Shown here piece by piece: positions 43,462-50,123 of a stretch of 64,000 nucleotides of DNA; position 1 is the first letter of the stretch; each line of letters begins with the position of its first letter. Source of the stretch: a virus; the IMG/VR virus record IMGVR_UViG_3300048915_000089, positions 1 to 64,000 of that record; one strand, written 5' to 3'. The notes beneath the pieces were generated by a model, which saw only the letters and a program-made list of their open reading frames with translations, was not told the DNA's origin and did not search any database. The translations under genes were made by a program, and so were the position numbers.

Positions 43462-43503
43462 TAACGAGCGTTCCTTTTTCAGGGGACAAAAAACCTCCGC
43501 ACG

Positions 43504-43734
43504 CTATCGGCCGGCTCCACTGCACATGGCATCGGCGAGATCGCGCGGGCCTAGCGTCCGCTTGCGCTTCTCGGCCTTTCGCTGGCGCTTGGCTTCGGCC
43601 GCTTCGAAGCGCTCGCCGCTACCCTGGACGCGCTGCGCGCTCCGCCCCCTCTCCCTCTCGCGCGCACGCTCTGCACGCTTGAACGCTTCCATCTGCTCGG
43701 GCAGCATCGTCAGTGCTTTGCGCAGTCCGTCCAT
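43504..43734 (-). CDS. Hypothetical basic helical protein
   Basis: ORF chain only. Confidence 0.4.
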   Translation of the reverse strand: MDGLRKALTMLPEQMEAFKRAERARERERGRSAQRVQGSGERFEAAEAKRQRKAEKRKRTLGPRDLADAMCSGAGR

Positions 43735-43756
43735 CGTCGCTCTCCTTCGGTTGATC

Positions 43757-44020
43757 TCATTCCATCATGCTCACGTCACAGCCGGCACCGTCGCAAGCGA
43801 AGTGCAGGTGATCTTTACGGCCGTTCAATGTGCCGTGCCAGTACCCATTCGGACAAAACGGGCACTTCGCACGGCCGCGCCGCATGCCGCGCTTCTGCAT
43901 CCCGGCCTTGAACTTCATTCCCTTGTCCAATATCGCGCCGGCTCGCTTCATAAAATCGGCGAGATCGCCCTTTGCTTTGGCCGCTGCCAATTCGTCGCGC
44001 GCGTCGTCAATTTTGGCCAT
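43757..44020 (-). CDS. Small zinc-ribbon-like protein
   Basis: Start MAKIDDARDEL (44020). Contains CPFCPNGYWHG...HFACDGAGC. Confidence 0.45.
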   Translation of the reverse strand: MAKIDDARDELAAAKAKGDLADFMKRAGAILDKGMKFKAGMQKRGMRRGRAKCPFCPNGYWHGTLNGRKDHLHFACDGAGCDVSMME

Positions 44021-44307
44021 CAATACCACCTCCTCGACTTCGGCGCCCGACACACTGCGCATTCGTCCTGCCGCCCACCGCGATACGTTCCGATCACGTT
44101 CTTACACTTCGGGCAGAGGCATCGATTGTCGTTCTCGCCGCTCCACGCCAAGCCGCCAAGCCAAGGGACGATCATTGCCGACACGATGTAGAACGGCTGC
44201 TGAAGCTCCGCTTTGCGGCGAGCTCGGGCGCGCTCACGCTGCTTTCGCAGGCGCTCTTCCCTCTTGTCCGGCGTCGCCGCTCCGGGTAGCCTTGTGATCT
44301 TCGACAT
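44020..44307 (-). CDS. Small protein with TM segment and CxxC...CxxC
   Basis: RBS GGAGGG. Contains CLCPKCKN...ECAVCR. First gene after the repeat-bearing intergenic region. Confidence 0.45.
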   Translation of the reverse strand: MSKITRLPGAATPDKREERLRKQRERARARRKAELQQPFYIVSAMIVPWLGGLAWSGENDNRCLCPKCKNVIGTYRGGRQDECAVCRAPKSRRWY

Positions 44308-44370
44308 GCGCGCGAGCCCTCCGGCGTTCTGATTCTCAGTTTACTGCGCTGTCACTCCGGGCGTCAGCAA

Positions 44371-44420
44371 GATACACGCTCCGGATACATTTCGGGTACA
44401 TCGCCGGGTACAGGGTACAT
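44371..44420 (-). promoter_or_regulatory. Cluster of five direct repeats, (A)TGTAYCC on the minus strand (putative regulator sites/iterons)
   Basis: Plus-strand copies: GATACAC 44371-77, GGATACAT 44383-90, GGGTACAT 44394-401, GGGTACA 44406-12, GGGTACAT 44413-20. Lies in the 180-bp gap between the C5-MTase stop and the next gene. Confidence 0.5.
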
Positions 44421-44486
44421 TCCGCAATCTAAGCCATTGAAAAAGGCGATGTTTCGCCGCGTTCGGCCGTTTCGCGTCGAAGCCGC

Positions 44487-45167
44487 TCAGCAGTCGCGCC
44501 AGCGCTGCGCTACCGCTTCACGGCCGCTCCGGAGCTCAGCGACGCGATTGCAGCGCGTCCGACGTATTCGGAGAAGGCTGGCGGAATCGCTTGCGTGAGA
44601 GCTTCCCACGGCATCCAATCGATACCCCATCGCCGCCTGGCCTTCGGCGAGCGATCTTGCCCGCAGCACGCGCTCAGTCGCGCCGCCCGAGTGACTGCCG
44701 TAGACGCCGATCGGCCGGATACCGTGCCGGCATGGAACCGGGTCAATCGGGAACGTCGTTTCGAACTTCCGATGTCGCCAAACGCGCAAGCCGAACGACG
44801 AGCCGCACAGGACAACCGGATTGAGCAGCGGCGCGTGCATCACGTTTTCGATCACATACGGCACGCGCGCCGCGCGCAGCATCTCGCGCACCGGCTCAAT
44901 CAGCTTCGGGTGTTCTTTTCGCTTCGTCGGGAACAGGGTAAACCCAATGTACGCCTGACACGGCGGCGACGCCCAAACTAGGTCAAATTTGCGGAGCTCG
45001 TCACGGTCAATCTGCAGTGCGTCGCGCAGCACAAACTTGAACGGATAATGCGGCTGCGCAACTTTGTCGACGCCGACGACTTCGAAGCCAGCGCGCGCGA
45101 GACCAACGGCGACACCGCCAGCGCCACAGAACAAGTCGAGAGCTCTAAATCTTCTTTTGCGCATCAC
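44487..45167 (-). pseudogene. DNA (cytosine-5)-methyltransferase with frameshifted 3' end
   Basis: Motif I DLFCGAGG, motif IV SPPCQ, motif VI ENV. After ...AEGQAAMG the conserved continuation IDWMPWEALTQAIPPAFSEYVGR is in the other frame (ORF 44510-44815). The switch point is the C4 run at 44625-44628 (G4 in gene sense). Confidence 0.75.
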
Positions 45168-45321
45168 TGTTGCCGCGATCGTCCATAAAATCTTTCACGG
45201 CGTCCTCGAGCTCCATAAGAGCCGACGCGCAGCCTTGGTCATAAACCCAATCGACGGCCGCCTTCACAACGCGCTCGCGTTGCGCTTGGCGATCAATCGG
45301 TGCAGGCACAGTCGCCATCAT
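45145..45321 (-). CDS. Hypothetical small protein
   Basis: Start at MMATVPAPI. Overlaps both neighbours by about 25 nt. Confidence 0.4.
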   Translation of the reverse strand: MMATVPAPIDRQAQRERVVKAAVDWVYDQGCASALMELEDAVKDFMDDRGNSDAQKKI

Positions 45322-46156
45322 CTTCTTCGCCTTCGTCAAGATCAAAGTCGCCCTGCCGATCGATAACATCGAGCATCGCCGAATAGCTTGGCCGATCGGC
45401 ACGGAAGAGGGCCATTTCGGGAGCGCGCATTGTGCCGCGAGCTACCGCTTCGACTTCTTGCTTTGCCCACCAACAACCCGACTGCGGGCGTCGGCGCAGA
45501 AGACCCATGATCGTCGCTTTCGCTTTCAAAAAACACAGATCGCAATTACCCTCCGGCGTGCGGCCCCTGACATTCTCTAGCCGCAAGTCGAAATTCTGTT
45601 CACGCCAGAAATCCGAAACGGTTTGCTTCGTCGCCCTGGCCAGATCGAGCGGCATAATTGTTCGCCACAGATCCTTGCCGGCCGCATTTCGTTTCAGTTG
45701 TTTCTTAACGCGATGCTGCTCGTCATGCCGCAAGCCAACGACGCTCTGCCAATGCTGCCAGCCGAGATGGTGGACGGCGTACTCTCTGAAGCGTCTAATC
45801 TTTAGTTCGATTGTGCAGAACCTCATCACCGGGTTCGGGAGCATTTGTTTCGCGCGCAGCAACGCTTCGAACGGCTCGCCATTGCGGCTTGCGGTTTTGT
45901 AAGACACGATCGCCGTTCTTTGCGGCGCGTCCGGAGAGTATTCCAGCCAAACGATCTCAACGCCCCATCGCTCAGAAACCTCGTTAACGAAGTCGAGCGA
46001 CTCGCTGCGCTCCTTTCCGGTGTTGGCAAACACGACAACGATGTTCGCCGGCAACGTGCCGCGGTGCGCGTTGATGATTTGCTTCAGCAAGTAGCCGGAC
46101 GTTCTGCCTCCGCTGAAGCTTATCAGCGCAGGCCCTTCGAACAGGTATGGGTTCAT
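45293..46156 (-). CDS. PAPS-reductase-like PP-loop ATP pyrophosphatase (phage 'PAPS reductase'/DndC-like family)
   Basis: PP-loop ISFSGGRTSGYL, RFCTIELKI, GNCDLCFLK. ATGA overlap with the upstream MTase stop. Confidence 0.8.
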   Translation of the reverse strand: MNPYLFEGPALISFSGGRTSGYLLKQIINAHRGTLPANIVVVFANTGKERSESLDFVNEVSERWGVEIVWLEYSPDAPQRTAIVSYKTASRNGEPFEALLRAKQMLPNPVMRFCTIELKIRRFREYAVHHLGWQHWQSVVGLRHDEQHRVKKQLKRNAAGKDLWRTIMPLDLARATKQTVSDFWREQNFDLRLENVRGRTPEGNCDLCFLKAKATIMGLLRRRPQSGCWWAKQEVEAVARGTMRAPEMALFRADRPSYSAMLDVIDRQGDFDLDEGEEDDGDCACTD

Positions 46157-47157
46157 CTTCGCTTCCCAAGCCGACGCCGCGCCATGCGGCAGTATTCCGC
46201 GTTGATGTCAATGCCGATGCAATCGCGCCCGAGTTCGTTCGCGACGACGCCCGTCGTTCCGGAGCCGAAGAACGGATCAATCACCAAGCCGCCGCGCGGA
46301 CATCCGGCGAGTATCATCGGACGAATCAAAGCGGGCGGATAAGTCGCGAAGTGAGCGCCGTTGAATCCCGTCGTCGGCACGGTCCAAACCGATCGCGGAT
46401 GGCGCATTTCACGGATTGCGCGGAACGACTGTTCCGGATCGATCGGCCGGCGTTGCACAACGCCGCGCTTGCCGCCGCGCGTGCCCTTGGCTTCTTCAGC
46501 CCACCCGCAGCCAGGCGCGTACTTCGCCGGCTCTTTGATCGCGTCCATGTCATAGTAGTAATGCGGGGACTTCGAAAACACGTAAACGGTTTCGTGTGCT
46601 GGCGTTGTCCGATCGCGCGCGCTCGATGGTGTTGGGTTCGACTTTTTCCAGATAATCTCGTCGCGCAGAAACCAGCCTGCGGCTTGTAAGGCCAGCGCGA
46701 GCCGCGCCGGAATGAGCAAGCGTTGCTTTAGCCGATACGAATCGCCGATGACAATCCACAAAGTGCCGTCGTCGCGCAACACGCGATAAGCGCCAGCGAA
46801 CACGTCGACGAGCTCACTCACGTATTCGTCTGGCGCTTCTTCCATTCCGATCTGAGTATTGACGGCGACAGCATCGCAGCGCCGGCAACGACCTTGCGGC
46901 CGTAGCCACTGCGCAGCGGCGCCTTGGCGTTGATGCTTGCCGGAGCCGGTCAAGCTGCTGCCTATCTCGCGCGCTTTGTACCAGCGTTCGTCTGGCCGAT
47001 GATCGCAGTCCGGCCGGCCGCCGACCCATTTCGACGTCCCATAATCACGCTTGCGGAAGTAGGGCGGCGAAGTCATGAACATGTGCGCCGTCCGCGGTGC
47101 CAACCTGCGGAGCTCTTTGCGACTGTCGCCAGTGATAATCTCGCAGCCCACGGTCAT
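46153..47157 (-). CDS. Beta-class DNA methyltransferase (N6-adenine or N4-cytosine) with Cys-containing insertion
   Basis: Motif IV MTSPPYF near the N-terminus, motif I VIDPFFGSGTTGVVA near the C-terminus. Insertion CDHRPD...RCRRCDA...QIGMEEAPDEYV. Confidence 0.85.
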   Translation of the reverse strand: MTVGCEIITGDSRKELRRLAPRTAHMFMTSPPYFRKRDYGTSKWVGGRPDCDHRPDERWYKAREIGSSLTGSGKHQRQGAAAQWLRPQGRCRRCDAVAVNTQIGMEEAPDEYVSELVDVFAGAYRVLRDDGTLWIVIGDSYRLKQRLLIPARLALALQAAGWFLRDEIIWKKSNPTPSSARDRTTPAHETVYVFSKSPHYYYDMDAIKEPAKYAPGCGWAEEAKGTRGGKRGVVQRRPIDPEQSFRAIREMRHPRSVWTVPTTGFNGAHFATYPPALIRPMILAGCPRGGLVIDPFFGSGTTGVVANELGRDCIGIDINAEYCRMARRRLGKRR

Positions 47158-47372
47158 TTCGTCCGGAAGCCCCGCTTGATCTCAGAGAGCGGCACACCGT
47201 TGATGATCGCCAGCACGGCGCGTATCTCGCAACAAACGCCAGGCTCGTGAGCCGTGCCCTTCGTCGTCTTCACCAACTGCATTGTTGCTGCGCGCAGATT
47301 CGGCGCAAAGCCGATCGCGATCAGCGCAGCCTCAATCATCTCGTCTGTCGGCTCGGGGTCAACAATCATCAT
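47154..47372 (-). CDS. Hypothetical small protein
   Basis: ATGA overlaps on both sides. Confidence 0.45.
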   Translation of the reverse strand: MMIVDPEPTDEMIEAALIAIGFAPNLRAATMQLVKTTKGTAHEPGVCCEIRAVLAIINGVPLSEIKRGFRTK

Positions 47373-47557
47373 TTTGCTTTCGGCAAGAACGTCACGCGCA
47401 GCGCGATCGTGCGATGCATGCCGTTCTCTTCGACGAGTCGATCTTCGAACAGGCGAAGCGCTACTTCGCCGGCTTCGATTGCGTCGATCGTCGCGCGAAG
47501 CTCTCGCAAGCAACGCGCTGTCTGCGGATCAACTTCAAGCTTTGGTGCTTTGGACAT
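47369..47557 (-). CDS. Hypothetical small protein
   Basis: ORF chain only. Confidence 0.45.
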   Translation of the reverse strand: MSKAPKLEVDPQTARCLRELRATIDAIEAGEVALRLFEDRLVEENGMHRTIALRVTFLPKAK

Positions 47558-47954
47558 GCCGCCCTCCCTTCACCAGTGCCTCAGCAACGGCGAGCACGAC
47601 GCCGCGATCGGCGTTGTGCTCAATCGCCGCGTAAGATGTCACCACGTCCATAGCGTAAGGCAGCGCGAGAAACGCGATCAGCGTATCGTCGCCGTTCGCG
47701 GCTGGCTTGCTGTTATACCCAGGCGCGCCGACAAAGAACCATTCGACATGCCGATTGAGTATACCGGCGAGACGCACAAGCCGCGTCGGCGAACAGCGAT
47801 TTACACCAGCTTCGTATTTTTGCATTTACTGGTAAGTGACGCATGCAGCGTCGGCGCACTTCTCTTGCGAGAGCCCCATCACTTTGCGCGCGGCCGCAAT
47901 GCGCTTGCCGATATGAACATCGATCGGCTCTGGCGCTTTAATTTTCTTCGGCAT
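47535..47954 (-). pseudogene. XRE-family HTH regulator interrupted by an in-frame TAA
   Basis: Strong RBS GGGAGAGGAAC before the ATG at 47954. Reads IDVHIGKRIAAARKVMGLSQEKCADAACVTYQ-TAA-MQKYEAGVNRCSPTRLVRLAGILNRHVEWFF. The stop at 47826-47828 sits where homologues have Q, inside the recognition helix. Confidence 0.7.
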
Positions 47955-48132
47955 GTTCCTCTCCCTTCTCTGAGCACATTCTGCAAATCGGCATGTCGCC
48001 GACGCTTTCAACGACGGCGAAGTCTTCGACTTTAAGACCGCCGGTCGACGCCATGCGGCACGCGGTATCCGTGCCGTTCCAAATGTGAGCGCGCCGGCTC
48101 TTGCCGCGCTTCCGTATCAGATATTGCGTCAT
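47938..48132 (-). CDS. Small conserved phage protein (…HIWNGTDTACRM…ICRMC)
   Basis: ATGA overlap with the upstream stop. Confidence 0.45.
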   Translation of the reverse strand: MTQYLIRKRGKSRRAHIWNGTDTACRMASTGGLKVEDFAVVESVGDMPICRMCSEKGEEHAEEN

Positions 48133-48605
48133 GAGCACCCCGTTGTTGCGCCGCAGGCGTCACACTTCAGACAAGCGCCGTTGCGCACCATTGCGAAGTT
48201 TCCGCAATCGTTGCACATCTCGCCTTCGTAACCCTTGGCTTTGGCTTCCGCGCGCCGAAACTCTCGCGGCGGCTCAGCAGCCATCGCGAACGCTGCAGCG
48301 CGTGCTTCAAACGGCGCATGTGCGGGCGCTGGCGCTGTCGGCAATTTCGGCTCAGCGGCAATCCCCGGAGGATCTTCGCTTGGCCGTTTCATGATCGTGA
48401 TGTCGACGACATCGCCGGCCTTCAAGTCCGGCTCTTGCATGCCGAAGAATTGCGCATCACGGCCGCCCGAGAAGATAACCCACCATCCCGTGCTCTGCTC
48501 TTCGAACTTCGCTTCGTTCAATACGCCGCTCACCCACAGCCGGCGAGAACGCTCTTCGACGCGTAGCACTGTGTCAAAGAAACGATATCGGATTGGGTCA
48601 ACCAT
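48129..48605 (-). CDS. Protein with C-terminal zinc-ribbon resembling the class II ribonucleotide reductase (NrdJ) C-terminal tail
   Basis: The C-terminus GYEGEMCNDCGNFAMVRNGACLKCDACGATTGCS matches my recollection of alphaproteobacterial NrdJ tails. The N-terminal ~110 aa are unrelated. Confidence 0.55.
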   Translation of the reverse strand: MVDPIRYRFFDTVLRVEERSRRLWVSGVLNEAKFEEQSTGWWVIFSGGRDAQFFGMQEPDLKAGDVVDITIMKRPSEDPPGIAAEPKLPTAPAPAHAPFEARAAAFAMAAEPPREFRRAEAKAKGYEGEMCNDCGNFAMVRNGACLKCDACGATTGCS

Positions 48606-48888
48606 GTGTCCCCTCGTCGGGTTTGCCCAAGCCCAGGGCTGTCTCAACGGCTTCGAGCCGCGCCAGAATAGACGCGTCGTCACCGATATTGATCTTCACG
48701 CCGCCGTGCCTGGCCGCGCGTTCAATGTCGCGGCCAAGCTTCAGCAGCCGAAGCGTAGCCTCGGCTCGATTGATGTCGGCAACGCATCCGTGCCGCTGCG
48801 CTATAGCTGGCGCTTGCTCTGCATGTGCAATGATGCTGTCAACAAGCGCGTCGTATTTAGAATTCTGCATTGGCGCGCTCCGCTTCAT
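48598..48888 (-). CDS. Hypothetical protein
   Basis: ORF chain only. Confidence 0.45.
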   Translation of the reverse strand: MKRSAPMQNSKYDALVDSIIAHAEQAPAIAQRHGCVADINRAEATLRLLKLGRDIERAARHGGVKINIGDDASILARLEAVETALGLGKPDEGTHG

Positions 48889-49312
48889 AGCCTTTGACGA
48901 TCAGAGCGGCTGTGCGCTCCGGCGAAGCGAGCAAGTAGACGGCCGGCGGAGTTTGAGTCGTAACGTACAAGCCCAAGCCGTCGCCGTCGTCATCCGTGTG
49001 AACGATCGGGCCTGTTTTAATTTCTTCGCCGTCTTTGAAGCGAGGATCGCCATATACACGGCCGCCGATGCACCAAGATGGGTGTATCGTCCAAAGGTGC
49101 AGTTCGCCGTTGCGCGGACGCGGCGGCAAATCTTTTGCGATAAGCTCGCACCACTCTTGCGCGGCTTCCATCGTGCCGCGCGTGCCGACGTGCTTGCCGT
49201 TGACAGCGACGCCGAAACTCGCGCCGCCGATTATCGTCAGTTCGTGATGCTGGCCACACTCGGCATCCCAAACATTGTCCGCGTTCTCACGCTTTACCCA
49301 TTCGAGTGTCAT
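48857..49312 (-). CDS. Hypothetical protein
   Basis: ORF chain only. Confidence 0.5.
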   Translation of the reverse strand: MTLEWVKRENADNVWDAECGQHHELTIIGGASFGVAVNGKHVGTRGTMEAAQEWCELIAKDLPPRPRNGELHLWTIHPSWCIGGRVYGDPRFKDGEEIKTGPIVHTDDDGDGLGLYVTTQTPPAVYLLASPERTAALIVKGYEAERANAEF

Positions 49313-49512
49313 AGCTCAGCCTCCGTGACTCGCGTGTTCCATACTTCTAAAACTTCAGCCTCTCGGGCGCGATAGAGCCGCACGCAACCTTTAGAGCAGC
49401 TTGCGCGAAACTTCTCGCCGCTCACCAGCATGACGGCGTGCAGCCATCCGGCCGCTCCACAGAAAGGGCAACCCTTCATTTGGACTGCCGGCGTTACGAG
49501 CTCTGCTTTCAC
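49309..49512 (-). CDS. Lar-family restriction-alleviation-like protein
   Basis: MKGCPFCGAAG...C..GC...EVLEVWNTR matches the Lar/TIGR03655 pattern (CPFCG ... WNxR). Confidence 0.6.
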   Translation of the reverse strand: MKAELVTPAVQMKGCPFCGAAGWLHAVMLVSGEKFRASCSKGCVRLYRAREAEVLEVWNTRVTEAEL

Positions 49513-49892
49513 AGCAACCGCCTAAGCCGTATCACGGCGATTGCGCGCTCAGTGTCGCCGGATAGGCCCCACAAGATCAGCGCCATAAGAAACGGGTCAA
49601 TATGATGCTCTGCCCAAAACGCCAGTTCGTTTTTGCCGTGTTGCTTGGCGTGCAGATCGAAGCGCAGCGGCAAGCACCATCGATCGTCCGGCTTCTCGCG
49701 ATTGCCAGTGTACTCTTTGCCATGCTCTAGGCTCGACGCCCGCAAATGGCACGCCTGGACTCGCTCGCTTCGCTCAAATGTAATCAGACACGGCAAGTCT
49801 CTTATGAACTCGCGATGCTCAGAGACGAGCACGCGCGGCCGGCGCTGGCGCAAATCGGCGATGCGATCGGGATGAATCGGAACGCGCGCCAT
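49509..49892 (-). CDS. DUF968/Ref-like (HNH-superfamily) protein
   Basis: ACHLRASSLEHGKEYTGNREKPDDRWCLPLRFDLHAKQH. Start at MARVPIHPD overlaps the upstream stop by 1 nt. Confidence 0.5.
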   Translation of the reverse strand: MARVPIHPDRIADLRQRRPRVLVSEHREFIRDLPCLITFERSERVQACHLRASSLEHGKEYTGNREKPDDRWCLPLRFDLHAKQHGKNELAFWAEHHIDPFLMALILWGLSGDTERAIAVIRLRRLL

Positions 49893-50110
49893 CACTTTGC
49901 CTTCGATCGGTTGGCGAGCACGCGTAGGCCGTAGTTCGTCAACGACGCCGATCGGTAGCCGCCGCACAGCATGCCAGCGTTGACGAGATCGATCGCGGCG
50001 TTGGTTTCATCTTTCGTCCACCCTGGCCCTGTGAAGTCTTTCCTGCCGCCGTGCTCTTCGACGAACGTCAAAATCTTGTAGTGAGTGTCTGTCAACTGCA
50101 GCGTTGCCAT
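49892..50110 (-). CDS. Small wHTH-like protein
   Basis: Start MATLQLTDTHYKILTFVEEHGG. Confidence 0.45.
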   Translation of the reverse strand: MATLQLTDTHYKILTFVEEHGGRKDFTGPGWTKDETNAAIDLVNAGMLCGGYRSASLTNYGLRVLANRSKAK

Positions 50111-50123
50111 AGCGTCCCCTTTC

